A stretch of DNA of 64,000 bases from Gammaproteobacteria bacterium (GTDB taxonomy: Bacteria > Pseudomonadota > Gammaproteobacteria > Eutrophobiales > Eutrophobiaceae). The notes under the pieces were generated by a model. That model saw nothing but the letters and a program-made list of their open reading frames with translations, had not been told where the DNA came from and ran no database searches. The stretch is taken from positions 32,001 to 96,000 of the forward strand of contig OZ250183.1 in the NCBI GenBank assembly GCA_965238225.1, written 5' to 3'. A program made the position numbers and the translations under genes. Shown in pieces: positions 40,695-51,838 of this stretch (the first letter of the stretch is position 1; each line of letters opens with the position of its first letter).

Positions 40695-41975
40695 ATGACT
40701 ATCTTGGCTTTCGGCATAAATCACACGACCACCCCGATTTCCCTCAGGGAGAAGGTTGTTTTCGGGAATGACGTCATGCCTCAAGCATTGGCAGAGCTTA
40801 CTCATCAAAAAGGCGTGAATGAAGCCGCAATACTGTCGACTTGCAACCGTACCGAGGTCTATTGCAGCTTGGAAGAAGCAAGAAATGAACGTCCTATCAA
40901 CTGGCTGTCTGAATATCATGGCTTAGAACGCCAGCAACTGGCTCCTTTCCTCTACAAACATCCTGATGCCCATGCCGTCAAACATATGCTTCGCGTTGCC
41001 AGCGGTTTAGATTCTATGGTGCTTGGCGAGCCACAAGTATTGGGTCAGTTAAAATCTGCTTATCAAGCCGCACTTAAAGCGGGCAGTATTGGCAAGCTTC
41101 TAGGGCAACTTTTCCAACACTCATTCAAGGTTGCCAAGAAAATAAGAACAAATACAACTATAGGCAACCACCCGGTCTCTGTCGCATTCGCTACAGTCAG
41201 GTTAGCACAACAAATTTTTGGCGATCTCTGTGGACAAACTGCATTATTAATCGGCGCAGGAAATACCATTGAACTAACAGCAAAACATCTTCAAGAAAAT
41301 GGGCTCTCGAATATGATTATTGCCAACCGAACCTTTGAATCTTCACAACAACTGGCCAAAAAATATTCAGCCCATGCCATCACTCTAGGAGACATCCATA
41401 AGCATCTGGCAAAAGCCGATATTATTATTTCGTCAACGGCTAGCCAATTGCCAATTCTCGGTAAAGGTGCTTTTGAAAGTGCAATTAAGGTACGCAAACA
41501 TAGACCTATGTTTGTTGTTGATATCGCAGTTCCTCGTGACATCGAACCAGAGACAGGTAACCTCAGCGATGTTTATTTATATACCGTAGATGATCTAAAA
41601 AATATCATTCAAGATAATATACACAATCGTAAAAAGGCTGCTCGACAAGCAGAAGAAATTATTGATACGCAAGTAACGCATTTTATGGATTGGCTGGGTT
41701 CGCTAGATGCGGTTTCAGTAATCCGTACAATACGAGATAAGGCACAATCTATACAAGAAGAAGCAATGATCCTTGCACAAAAAGAACTACAAAAAGGCGT
41801 AGACCCAGAACAGGTACTACAAGATGTCACTCGAACTCTGACCAATAAATTAATTCATTCCCCAAGTAGCCAGTTACGCGCTGCCAGCGCAGATGGGAGA
41901 AACGATTTACTCTCAGCTGCCTACGAACTTTTTGATCTAGATACAGAACACTCCACACAAGATCTAAAAAAATAG
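40695..41975 (+). CDS. hemA: Glutamyl-tRNA reductase
   Basis: LSTCNRTE, SGLDSMVLGEPQ, IGAG, DIAVPRD. Confidence 0.97.
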   Translation: MTILAFGINHTTTPISLREKVVFGNDVMPQALAELTHQKGVNEAAILSTCNRTEVYCSLEEARNERPINWLSEYHGLERQQLAPFLYKHPDAHAVKHMLRVASGLDSMVLGEPQVLGQLKSAYQAALKAGSIGKLLGQLFQHSFKVAKKIRTNTTIGNHPVSVAFATVRLAQQIFGDLCGQTALLIGAGNTIELTAKHLQENGLSNMIIANRTFESSQQLAKKYSAHAITLGDIHKHLAKADIIISSTASQLPILGKGAFESAIKVRKHRPMFVVDIAVPRDIEPETGNLSDVYLYTVDDLKNIIQDNIHNRKKAARQAEEIIDTQVTHFMDWLGSLDAVSVIRTIRDKAQSIQEEAMILAQKELQKGVDPEQVLQDVTRTLTNKLIHSPSSQLRAASADGRNDLLSAAYELFDLDTEHSTQDLKK

Positions 41976-41995
41976 CTTGGCCTAGCTATTTTTTT
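41966..41995 (+). terminator. Terminator-like hairpin overlapping the hemA TAG stop
   Basis: AAAAAAATAGCT-TGGCCT-AGCTATTTTTTT; AT-rich, weak stem. Confidence 0.5.
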
Positions 41996-42060
41996 CATTC
42001 TGGATTTTAATCTGCCGAATTTTAACTTTTATTATCGTATTAAAATTAATATAAACTCAA

Positions 42061-43143
42061 ATGAAAGAAAGCCTATTAAACAAACTAGATAATCTAAGCG
42101 AGCGCTTACAGGAACTAGAAGCGCTATTATCTGACCCTGATATTATTAATAACCAAAATAAATTTCGTGAATATTCAAAAGAGCATGCCGATATAAATCC
42201 TGTTGTCGCGAGTTTTGAAAATTACACCAGCACACTGGATAGTATCGCTTCGGCAAAGACGATGATGAGTGATAAGGATAAGGAAATCCGTGAACTTGCG
42301 CACGAAGAATTAAAACTTGCAGAACAAAAAAGTGAATCACTGAAAAATGAATTACAAATGCTTCTGCTGCCAACAGACCCCGCAGACGACAGCAATATAT
42401 TCTTGGAGATTCGTGCTGGTACTGGAGGTGAAGAAGCTGCGCTTTTTTCTACAACATTACTGAAGATGTATTCTCGTTACGCTGAACTTCGTGGTTGGCA
42501 AATCGAAATCATGAGCCAAACATTAAGTGATTTAGGCGGCTATAGAGAAGTCATTATGCGCATTATAGGCGAGAAGGCTTATTCGAGATTGAAATTTGAA
42601 TCTGGCGCGCACCGTGTACAACGTGTGCCGGAAACGGAATCACAAGGGCGGATACATACTTCTGCATGTACAGTTGCAGTCATGCCAGAAATATCTGATG
42701 TCGGCGAAACCAAAATCAATACGGCAGATTTACGTATTGATACTTTTCGCGCCTCAGGCGCTGGTGGGCAGCATGTAAATAAAACTGACTCTGCCATCCG
42801 ACTAACGCATATCCCCACAGGCGTTGTTGTCGAATGTCAGGATGAACGTTCCCAACACAAAAATAAGGCACGCGCCTTATCGCTCCTGCAAGCAAAACTT
42901 ACCGACGCTGCAAAAGCAAAACAGACAGAAGAACAGGCAGAAGATCGCAGGAACCTGGTGGGCAGCGGTGATCGTTCAGAAAGAATTCGTACTTATAATT
43001 TTCCTCAGGCACGCGTTACTGATCACCGTATTAACCTCACTTTATATAGACTTGATGAATTTATTGAAGGCAATATTGATATGGTGATTGATCCGCTTAT
43101 AAACGAATATAAGGCTGATCAACTGACAGCACTTTCCGAATAA
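42061..43143 (+). CDS. prfA: Peptide chain release factor 1
   Basis: [19 protein letters not shown] (PxT motif), [14 protein letters not shown]. Confidence 0.97.
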   Translation: MKESLLNKLDNLSERLQELEALLSDPDIINNQNKFREYSKEHADINPVVASFENYTSTLDSIASAKTMMSDKDKEIRELAHEELKLAEQKSESLKNELQMLLLPTDPADDSNIFLEIRAGTGGEEAALFSTTLLKMYSRYAELRGWQIEIMSQTLSDLGGYREVIMRIIGEKAYSRLKFESGAHRVQRVPETESQGRIHTSACTVAVMPEISDVGETKINTADLRIDTFRASGAGGQHVNKTDSAIRLTHIPTGVVVECQDERSQHKNKARALSLLQAKLTDAAKAKQTEEQAEDRRNLVGSGDRSERIRTYNFPQARVTDHRINLTLYRLDEFIEGNIDMVIDPLINEYKADQLTALSE

Positions 43144-43165
43144 ATCATTACGAAGCTTAAGCTGT

Positions 43166-44014
43166 ATGGCGACTATCACTGAATTATTGCTAAAAGCGGA
43201 GCAGAGTATTAACTTTTCTGAGAGTCCGCGGTTGGACGCGGAAATATTATTTTGTTATGTCATGCAATTTAACCGCTCTAAAATTTATTCGCATCCAGAT
43301 GCAACCGTTCCTGATGATAAATCTGCACTATTTAAATCATTAATTAAAAAACGGCAAGAAGGGCACCCAGTCGCACATCTCACAGGCAAAAAAGAATTTT
43401 GGTCTTTAGAATTCGCCATCAACAAAGACACCTTGATCCCACGACCAGAAACGGAACTCGCGGTGGAAACTGCACTGCAAATAATCCCTGCCGATGCAAC
43501 ATTTAATATTCTAGACTTAGGTACAGGCAGTGGCGCTATAGCTGTAGCTGTAGCCTTTGAAAGACCAGGCTGCAAAATCGTTGCAACTGATATAAATAAA
43601 AATGCATTAGAGATGGCGCAGGAAAATGCTAAAACACATAAACTCGAAAACATTAAATTTTTCCTTAGCGACTGGTATCTAAATATTCCTCCACAATCGT
43701 TTGATTTGATTATCAGTAATCCGCCTTATGTCAAAAAAGACGACGAATATTTATCACAAGGAGATGTACGATTTGAATCTCACCTTGCGCTTTGTGCAGA
43801 TTTAGACGGCATGCAGGCAATTAATATCATCCTTAAACATGCAGGCAGCTATCTTGCTTGCGGTGCTCATCTCATTATTGAGCATGCTTATAATCAAAAA
43901 AAATTAGTCCAAAAAGCGTTCTTAGAAAATAACTTCAAGGAGATTAAAACATTTCAGGATTTATCCGGGCAAGATAGAATCACTCTAGGTCATTATAGCG
44001 GGCAATTACCATAG
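43166..44014 (+). CDS. prmC: Release factor glutamine methyltransferase
   Basis: LIPRPETE, DLGTGSG, SNPPY. Confidence 0.96.
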   Translation: MATITELLLKAEQSINFSESPRLDAEILFCYVMQFNRSKIYSHPDATVPDDKSALFKSLIKKRQEGHPVAHLTGKKEFWSLEFAINKDTLIPRPETELAVETALQIIPADATFNILDLGTGSGAIAVAVAFERPGCKIVATDINKNALEMAQENAKTHKLENIKFFLSDWYLNIPPQSFDLIISNPPYVKKDDEYLSQGDVRFESHLALCADLDGMQAINIILKHAGSYLACGAHLIIEHAYNQKKLVQKAFLENNFKEIKTFQDLSGQDRITLGHYSGQLP

Positions 44015-44047
44015 TAATACGCTAAAGATAGCAGCAAAAATATAAAT

Positions 44048-44791
44048 ATGGATAACGACAAACTACTACGTTACAGCAGGCAAATGATGTTGCCGGAGAT
44101 TGATGCTGAAGGTCAAAAACGGCTCGAAGACTCGCGCGTCTTAATCATAGGCTTAGGTGGGCTAGGATCATCTTCATCTATTTATCTTGCAGCAGCGGGT
44201 GTTGGTCATCTTGTATTGGTCGATTTTGACAAAGTTGATATTTCCAATCTGCAAAGGCAAATTGTACATGCAAATAAAGATATAGGCCGACTCAAGGTAG
44301 ACTCAGCAAGAGAACATTTGCTTGCGCTTAACCCTGAAACACAAATCACAACGATTGATCACAAGATTGAAGATGAAGCATTAGAAGAACAGGTAAAATT
44401 ATCCAGCGTTGTACTCGATTGCAGTGATAATTTTCAAACGCGCTTTGCCATAAATGATGCCTGTGTGAAACATAAAACCCCTTTGGTATCGGGCGCTGCA
44501 ATTCGTTTTGAGGCACAAGTCAGTGTCTTTGACCCCCGCCATAAAAACTCGCCTTGCTATCGCTGCTTGTATGGTGATGCAACAGAAGTAGCGCAAACCT
44601 GTACAGCAAATGGTGTTATTGCTCCCTTACTTGGAATCATCGGCAGCATTCAGGCATGCGAAGCCATGAAGATTATTATGCAAATAGGCAAACCACTTGA
44701 AGGCAGATTATTACTTATAGATGTTATGCGGATGGAATGGCACACAGCAACACTAAACAAAGATCCAAATTGCCCTGTTTGTAGTTGTTAG
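44048..44791 (+). CDS. moeB: MoeB/ThiF-family adenylyltransferase
   Basis: RYSRQ, GLGGLG, SNLQRQ, DCSDN, CYRC, CPVC. Confidence 0.88.
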   Translation: MDNDKLLRYSRQMMLPEIDAEGQKRLEDSRVLIIGLGGLGSSSSIYLAAAGVGHLVLVDFDKVDISNLQRQIVHANKDIGRLKVDSAREHLLALNPETQITTIDHKIEDEALEEQVKLSSVVLDCSDNFQTRFAINDACVKHKTPLVSGAAIRFEAQVSVFDPRHKNSPCYRCLYGDATEVAQTCTANGVIAPLLGIIGSIQACEAMKIIMQIGKPLEGRLLLIDVMRMEWHTATLNKDPNCPVCSC

Positions 44792-44890
44792 ATCGCAAAG
44801 AGTGTATAAATAGAGTTAGACGCTGGACAAATTCACGACACACCAAATATGCAATAATCTCTGACTATTATGCGCTTAAGTAGTTACATA

Positions 44891-45757
44891 TTATTGCCCA
44901 TCAATTTTTAATCCATTTTCTTCAGCCTTGATACGCATGTAATTGATAAATGCGGTACATACAACAAGCATAAATTGTGCATCAAAATATGTAACATTAC
45001 TTTCTTTAAATGTTCCATGCCGTATGCCTTCCGCATCACTTGTATAGGCGTACAATTTTAACAATGCCTCTTTCCATGCGGGATGAATTCCTTGTTTATT
45101 CTCAATTTTTTCAAGCGCTTTATTTAAAGTTGCCTTTTCATCTCCTGCAATTAACTTACATAGTGCTTCAATAGCACTTATTGCTTCTTTCATGGAATTT
45201 TTATAATCAGGTCAATTTCCTATCTGATAATAATTGTAATGATGATTTTAAATGTTTGTTTACACCAAGAATATTATCAGTTCCTTCAATAGCTTCTTCT
45301 ATGCTTTTTATTTCTTCTTCTGAAGTTATGTTGATTATTTCTTTATCAATAAAACGATATGCGGACTTATCTTTTTCTAATACTTTATTTGCAAACTTAG
45401 TAAATCCATCAATTAATAATCCTTCTGGTGCATTTTTAGCAGTAAATTCTAATAAATCATAAACTTCATACCATTCACATTACAAAAAATATTCTTTTAT
45501 ATGAAGATATTGCTCTACTAAAACTCTCTGGAATAGAGTCAAGTGTCTCCCCAAAATAAGAATGCCAATACCTAGAAAATAATAGGTATAAAGAAAGTCT
45601 TGCGAAAAAGAGCTGTTAGGATGGAAGAAAGATATTTTGAAATATCTTTAAATCTAATGCATTCCATAATCTCTTACGCAAATCATCGTCCATTGAATCT
45701 TTTTGTATAGAGTCCCTAGTCCTTCTTGTAATTATATCTTTCAGAAAAAGTTGACAT
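44891..45757 (-). pseudogene. AbiJ-N-terminal (NTD4-like) + HEPN protein, multiply disrupted
   Basis: Fragments MSTFSERY / IQKDSMDDDLRKRLWNAL / CEWYEVYDLLEF...SAYRF...ITSEEEIKSIEEA...LSDR / PDYKNSMKEAISAIEA...LYAYTSDAEGIRHG; at least 4 frameshifts or stops. Confidence 0.75.
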
Positions 45758-45785
45758 TTTGTTTACATAAGTAAAGTTTAAAAAT

Positions 45786-45861
<76 letters not shown>

Positions 45862-45989
45862 ATTAATAAAAAATATCTAAAAACTAATAACGCACTCAAG
45901 CTAAAATAGGCTTAAGTTTGTTATACGCCGCAGCTTTTAGGTACAAAAACTCACTTAAATAATGTTATAGCGACAAGAAAAAAACGCGT

Positions 45990-46018
45990 ATTAAACAGAC
46001 CTTATCCTAGTTCGTCAA
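45990..46018 (-). promoter_or_regulatory. sigma70 promoter for tRNA-Phe
   Basis: TTGACG-17 bp-TTTAAT followed by a GC-rich ACGCG discriminator. Confidence 0.65.
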
Positions 46019-46054
46019 GCCTGCATAAACGCTATAAATTATTCGTCAAAAGAA

Positions 46055-46327
46055 TTATTCAGAAGGCGCAACAAATTCATCAGGCCGTTTTGAACCAGAC
46101 CCAAAAAAGAATTTTTCCATTTCTTCTTCAAGGAATTTTCGTGCCTTGGGTTCAATCGGCGTTAATCGGTATTCATTGATTAACATCGTTTGATGCCCCA
46201 GCCATTCTTGCCAAGCTTCCTGGCAAACATTCTGATAGATTCTTTTGCCTAAATCACCAGGATAAGGCGGAACCTTAAGCCCTTCGCCTTCTTTGTTCAG
46301 CTTTACACACTGCACTGTCCTGCTCAT
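46055..46327 (-). CDS. yggX: Oxidative damage protection / Fe-S protein YggX
   Basis: [29 protein letters not shown]. Confidence 0.95.
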   Translation of the reverse strand: MSRTVQCVKLNKEGEGLKVPPYPGDLGKRIYQNVCQEAWQEWLGHQTMLINEYRLTPIEPKARKFLEEEMEKFFFGSGSKRPDEFVAPSE

Positions 46328-46384
46328 TTGCCACCTCTTATATGTATTGTCCGAGCACGCTCGGTTGATTACGGTTTATATCAG

Positions 46385-47443
46385 TTATTCTACCATTGTC
46401 AGTAATAAATTCTTAACGGGTGTGGGAACACCAAATTTTAAAGCATCGTAAGATATGCACCACTTTTGGTCAGTCATTTCCTTGTCATTATTACATTTTT
46501 TTACCTTTAGATGGATAGGTAAAATCTCCATACGAAAATGTGTCAGCTTGTGCTTGATGACTGATAATTTCCGGCTAATAGAGCCACTGAATCCGGTTTT
46601 TGCCAATAACCATTGCTCAATATCGTCATCAGGCGAACATTCAGGAAAACACCATAGACCGCCCCATATGCCTTTTGACGGACGTTTTTTAAATAACATT
46701 TCACCTTTATTATTTTCTAATAAAAGAAAAACTGACTTGCGCAAGGGAATTGTTTTTTTCGGCTTAGATGCTGGATATTTATGTTGGGATTTCTGTGCGT
46801 TTGCAAGGCAAGTTTTCGCTACTGGACAAATATCGCAGTGTGGCTTAGAACGTGTGCAAACAGTCGCGCCCAAGTCCATAATCGCTTGTGTGTATCTGGC
46901 AACATTTCGTTTCGGCGTAAGGTTTTCCGCTCTGCGCCACAGCGCTTTTTCTACTGCCGGCTCCCCTGACCAACCTTTGATTGCATAAAAACGGCACAAC
47001 ACCCGCTTTACATTGCCATCAAGAATAGCGTGGCGTTTTTTAAATGCGAGCGCCATAACAGCACCAGCAGTTGAGCGCCCGATACCCGGCAGCGTTAAAA
47101 GTTTTTCCTTATCAGCAGGCAAAACACCATCAAAATTATCACAAATTATTTTTGCAGCACGATGCAAGTTCCGCGCGCGTGCATAATAACCAAGGCCCGC
47201 CCAGTGGCTCAAAACATCATCAATATCTGCATTTGCCAGTAATTTGATGCTGGGAAATCGCGCAATAAAACGATTGTAATAGGGGATAACGGTCACAATC
47301 TGCGTTTGTTGTAACATGATTTCTGAAAGCCATACATGATAAGACCCTGTATGAGAAACATGCGCTTCCTGTTGCCAAGGCAGATCATGTCTGCCATAAC
47401 TATCGAACCAAGTGAGTAATTGATTTGAGAATTGATTATTCAT
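46385..47443 (-). CDS. mutY: A/G-specific adenine glycosylase
   Basis: WLSEIMLQQT, GLGYYARARNL, LPGIGRSTA, LDGNVKRV, C-x6-C-x2-C-x5-C. Confidence 0.97.
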   Translation of the reverse strand: MNNQFSNQLLTWFDSYGRHDLPWQQEAHVSHTGSYHVWLSEIMLQQTQIVTVIPYYNRFIARFPSIKLLANADIDDVLSHWAGLGYYARARNLHRAAKIICDNFDGVLPADKEKLLTLPGIGRSTAGAVMALAFKKRHAILDGNVKRVLCRFYAIKGWSGEPAVEKALWRRAENLTPKRNVARYTQAIMDLGATVCTRSKPHCDICPVAKTCLANAQKSQHKYPASKPKKTIPLRKSVFLLLENNKGEMLFKKRPSKGIWGGLWCFPECSPDDDIEQWLLAKTGFSGSISRKLSVIKHKLTHFRMEILPIHLKVKKCNNDKEMTDQKWCISYDALKFGVPTPVKNLLLTMVE

Positions 47444-47654
47444 CTACCCGAATACTAATAAACCCTGCACAGGTAATCTAGATGTTATTAACAATAACTG
47501 GGGTAAATTAGCTAAGAAAATATGAAACTTAAACCTCCATAAAAACGCGGTCTATTACTATGATTCCCATTTATTGTGTACACTGACCAGACTGAATCAT
47601 TATTTATAATCGTCACGTTTGAAAGGAATTATTACATAAGATTATATAATAAAT

Positions 47655-48388
47655 ATGGGCGATCTAAGCACTTGTTATAATTCTATAAGGCTCTTGTTAG
47701 GAAGCAATTGCGAACCGTGGCAATCAGTTGAGCTAGTAGAAAAATACCGCCAATATTGGAAGCCTGACAAGGTGAATGTTATCTTGCTAGCTGAGTCTCA
47801 TGTTTTCACCTCAATATCTGACCTAAACTACAAATTAAAAAAAATTACTGGGCTTGAAAACTACCCAGATCAATACGCTAAGTTTGTTTATTGCTTAGCT
47901 TATGGTGAGTCATCTGTTACCGCCGGCAATAACCACCCTGCTAGAGCTGATGGAACGCCTCAATTCTGGAAAATTTTTTATAGTTGTGTCAATAAAATAC
48001 AATCAAATAAATCATTTCGCGCCATTCTCAAAGCCGAAACTTTAACACCTGAGCGATTAAATAATAAAATTGTTCTACTGCAATCACTAAAAAAAGAGGC
48101 ATATGGTTGATTGATACTAGTATTGTAGCTTTATACAATAGCGGCAAGAAGCCCGATCACGATACGTTTGACAGGGTAATACAAACATCTTGGAATGGCT
48201 ATACAAAGAATGTAATCAATCAAGCAAACCCAAAACATATAATAATCATAGGCAAAGGTGTTGCTAACAATATAAAAAACGATGTAAGTAAAATTATGGG
48301 TAATAACTATACTGTCATACCTCAGCCACAAGCACACCTATCAGCAGAAAAATATTTGCTTAATTTTCAAAAATATTACAGTATCTGA
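47655..48388 (+). pseudogene. Uracil-DNA glycosylase-like fold protein, split by a -1 frameshift at A7 (48089-48095)
   Basis: YWKPDKVNVILLAESH; one extra A restores LKKRGIWLIDTS...HIIIIGKGV...IPQP. Confidence 0.6.
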
Positions 48389-48538
48389 TCCAAATATGAT
48401 GTCTTGTAAATCTGAATAGATTACTTGGCTAAATGTTTTATTGTTGTTTTTTTCAGTCTTTAAGAATAACCATCCCGAAAAGAAAGCCAATCAGGATGAC
48501 TGTGATCAACAAAAATTTTACGAATTTGGCTATTACCG

Positions 48539-49975
48539 CTAATCCTTATGTATATACACGCGTCCAAGACGTTCACGTCCAGCATGAATGGCTTTATAAA
48601 CCTGCTCTGGTGCAGTGCCTCCCTGATGATTGCGCGCTGCAACTGATCCTTCCAAGCTCAAACAATCAAAGACATCCGTCTCTATCACATCACTGAATTG
48701 TGTTAATTCATCCAACGTTAATTCGGATAAATCCTTACCTGATTTTATTGCATACTGCACCGAGCGACCCACAATCGCGTGCGCATCCCGGAAAACAATA
48801 TCTTTACGTACCAGATAATCTGCCAAATCAGTCGCCGTGGTAAACCCCAACATGGCAGCTTCGCGCATACGCTCCTTGTTTGTCACTATTTCAGGCAGCA
48901 AACCTGCGTAAGCCTGCAAACAGGCTTTGACAGTGTCAATGACATCAAACAAAGATTCCTTGTCTTCTTGATTGTCTCGGTTATAAGCCAATGGTTGAGC
49001 CTTCATTAAGGTCAATAAGCCCATCAAATGTCCATACACCCGTGCGGTTTTCCCACGTACCAGCTCAGGAATATCTGGATTTTTTTTCTGGGGCATAATA
49101 GAAGACCCCGTGCACCAAGCATCGCCCAATTCAATGAACCCAAACTGTTGCGACATCCACAACACCAGTTCTTCTGAAAAACGGGACAAATGCATCATCA
49201 TCAAAGCAGAACAGCTGCCAAACTCAATGGCAAAATCCCGATCACTAACGGCATCCATAGAATTATTTGCCACTGCTGGAAAATCTAATAATCGAGCAGT
49301 GTACTGCTGGTCAATTGGGTAGCTTGTACCGGCAAGAGCGGCTGCGCCCAGCGGCATTACATTAACGCGTGTATAACAATCACTAAGCCGCAGGCAATCC
49401 CTATAAAGCATTTCAAACCAAGACATTATATGGTGACCAAATGTTACAGGTTGCGCTGCTTGCATATGTGTAAACCCGGGCATAATTGTTTCAGCCTCGC
49501 GTTCGGCAATAACCAATAACGCTGACATGACATCACACAACAAGCGCTGAATGTCAGCCATTTCATCACGTAGATAAAGGCGTATATCTGTGGCTACCTG
49601 ATCATTTCGTGAACGCCCAGTGTGTAGTTTTTTACCAACATCACCAATACGGGCAACCAATGCGGTTTCGATATTCATATGCACATCTTCTAACGCGCTC
49701 TGCCACTTGAAGTCTCCTTGGTTTATCTCCACTTCTATAGCGTGTAAGCCTTCAATAATTTGCTCAGATTCCTGGCTAGAAAGCACACCAACCTTGGCCA
49801 ACATCCTAACGTGCGCTACTGAGCCTAAAATGTCATGATGGTAAAGACGTTGATCATAAGAAACAGACTGCGTAAATTCTTCAACAAAGGCATCGGCAGG
49901 CGCAGAAAAACGCCCGCCCCAGGATTTACTTGATTCGGGTTTATTTGACTTGCTTTTATCAATTGTATTTGTCAT
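48539..49975 (-). CDS. argH: Argininosuccinate lyase
   Basis: [34 protein letters not shown]. Confidence 0.97.
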   Translation of the reverse strand: MTNTIDKSKSNKPESSKSWGGRFSAPADAFVEEFTQSVSYDQRLYHHDILGSVAHVRMLAKVGVLSSQESEQIIEGLHAIEVEINQGDFKWQSALEDVHMNIETALVARIGDVGKKLHTGRSRNDQVATDIRLYLRDEMADIQRLLCDVMSALLVIAEREAETIMPGFTHMQAAQPVTFGHHIMSWFEMLYRDCLRLSDCYTRVNVMPLGAAALAGTSYPIDQQYTARLLDFPAVANNSMDAVSDRDFAIEFGSCSALMMMHLSRFSEELVLWMSQQFGFIELGDAWCTGSSIMPQKKNPDIPELVRGKTARVYGHLMGLLTLMKAQPLAYNRDNQEDKESLFDVIDTVKACLQAYAGLLPEIVTNKERMREAAMLGFTTATDLADYLVRKDIVFRDAHAIVGRSVQYAIKSGKDLSELTLDELTQFSDVIETDVFDCLSLEGSVAARNHQGGTAPEQVYKAIHAGRERLGRVYIHKD

Positions 49976-50045
49976 TTTTTAAGTACAATCAACAATATTT
50001 TGTTTCTATGGTTGATAATTTCCGACAGTATAACGTAAGCTATCT

Positions 50046-51122
50046 TTGAACATTCATTTATTTATAACAATGAGCCAACAACAAACACATTCTTTTTTAC
50101 CGAATTTCTGCACCTCACGCATGCTTTTTGTCGTGATTCTTTTGGGCGAATTATTGGCTATTACACTGACACTTACAGCTTCAACATCACACCAGAATCG
50201 CGTAACAAATTTGGCGCTATATTCCCTCTTTATTCAGTGGACAAGCTTATCTTGCACAGCGGCATTGTGTCTTGGCAGAAGCTATCTGAACCGCCTGTCA
50301 GATTATTGGGCAGCGAGCCTCAGTTATTGCTTAACCCTACTCATAACTTTGGCAATCACAGAACTTGCATGGTGGATATTTAACGCAAGACCCACGCTAA
50401 TAGACAGGAGTGCAGAACATGGTGCCTTCTTCCTGGAATGTATGGGCATCAGTACCATTGTAAGCGCGCTTTTATTGCGCTATTTCTTTATACAGCACCA
50501 ATGGCGGAAAAATATTAAATCAGAGGCACAAGCAAGGACACAGGCACTGCAATCCCGCATCCGACCACATTTCTTGTTTAATTGCATGAATACTATTGCC
50601 AGCTTAACACGCAAAGATCCGAAACTCGCCGAAGAAGCCACAGAAGATCTGGCTGATTTGTTTCGCGTCAGTCTGAAAGAAGCCAAGAGGCTTTCTACCA
50701 TAGCTGAAGAAATCTCTTTATGTAAACGCTATTTGCGTATTGAGTCACACCGCTTTGGCAATAGACTGAAGACAGTCTGGGAAACAAATGATTTGCCTGA
50801 ACATGCACAACTGCCCGTCCTAACGCTTCAACCCATCTTGGAAAATGCAATTTATCATGGCATAGAACCCTTGCTCGAAGGGGGTGTGATCTATATTCGT
50901 GGTCAATTATCTGCAAATAAAATAAATATCACAATTGATAATCCACTGCCTGCCAAGGACAATACCAGCTACCATCAAGGTAACCAAATGGCTCAAGATA
51001 ATATTCGGCAACGTTTATCTGCGCATTATGGGAGCGAGGCGCAATTGCTAACACAAATAGAGAATTATCGTTACATTACAAACATCATCATACCTTACTC
51101 TCATGAAAATACTCATCGTTGA
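50046..51122 (+). CDS. algZ: LytS-type sensor kinase AlgZ/FimS (likely start ATG 50070)
   Basis: FLPNFC, TM helices, QSRIRPHFLFNCMN, LQPILENAIYHG; argH-algZ-algR synteny. Confidence 0.88.
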   Translation: MNIHLFITMSQQQTHSFLPNFCTSRMLFVVILLGELLAITLTLTASTSHQNRVTNLALYSLFIQWTSLSCTAALCLGRSYLNRLSDYWAASLSYCLTLLITLAITELAWWIFNARPTLIDRSAEHGAFFLECMGISTIVSALLLRYFFIQHQWRKNIKSEAQARTQALQSRIRPHFLFNCMNTIASLTRKDPKLAEEATEDLADLFRVSLKEAKRLSTIAEEISLCKRYLRIESHRFGNRLKTVWETNDLPEHAQLPVLTLQPILENAIYHGIEPLLEGGVIYIRGQLSANKINITIDNPLPAKDNTSYHQGNQMAQDNIRQRLSAHYGSEAQLLTQIENYRYITNIIIPYSHENTHR

Positions 51123-51837
51123 TGACGAAATACTTGCCCGCGATCGGTTAGTCAGCTTGGTTTCTGAATTGAGTGCTGACTTTTCAATCTTGGAAGCTGA
51201 AAATGGTGTTGCGGCACTCAAAGTGGTAAACAAGGAATCCCCCAAACTCATATTGTTGGATATTCGTATGCCAGTCATGGACGGGCTTGAAGTTGCACAA
51301 CATCTTGGCAATTTGGAGATGCCTCCGGCAATCATTTTTACTACAGCCTATCAGGACTATGCTTTAGATGCTTTTGATGCGCACGCGATTGATTATTTGA
51401 TGAAGCCTGTTCGTAAAGAACGTTTGCAACAAGCCATCAATAAAGCCAAAGCCTTAAACAAAATCAATCTTAATGATTTAAGAAGTGATCATAATAAAAA
51501 TAGCGGTCGCACCCATTTGAGCACAACCGTTCAGGGCAATCTGAAAATTATCCCTATAGAAAAAATTTACTACCTGAAGGCAGACCAAAAATATGTCGCA
51601 GCTTGCTGGCCAAACGGGAGTTTATTGCTTAATGAGTCTCTCAAATCTCTTGAACAGGAATTTTCTTTACGGTTTATACGTATCCACCGTAACACACTGG
51701 TAGCGCTCGCACATATTCTGGGGCTAAACAAAGATGAGGCGGGCAATATTTCTGTTAGCGTACGAGGAATAGAAACACGCTTACCAGTAAGCAGGCGGCA
51801 TGCTCATAATGTAAGAAAAGTGCTAAAACAATTATAA
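51103..51837 (+). CDS. algR: LytTR response regulator AlgR
   Basis: VDDE, LDIRMP, FTTAY, ADQKYV, FIRIHRN, VSRR. Confidence 0.9.
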   Translation: MKILIVDDEILARDRLVSLVSELSADFSILEAENGVAALKVVNKESPKLILLDIRMPVMDGLEVAQHLGNLEMPPAIIFTTAYQDYALDAFDAHAIDYLMKPVRKERLQQAINKAKALNKINLNDLRSDHNKNSGRTHLSTTVQGNLKIIPIEKIYYLKADQKYVAACWPNGSLLLNESLKSLEQEFSLRFIRIHRNTLVALAHILGLNKDEAGNISVSVRGIETRLPVSRRHAHNVRKVLKQL

Positions 51838-51838
51838 C

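Noticed and set aside
45181-45462. 93-aa + strand ORF
   Set aside because: It is the antisense shadow of the AbiJ-like pseudogene.
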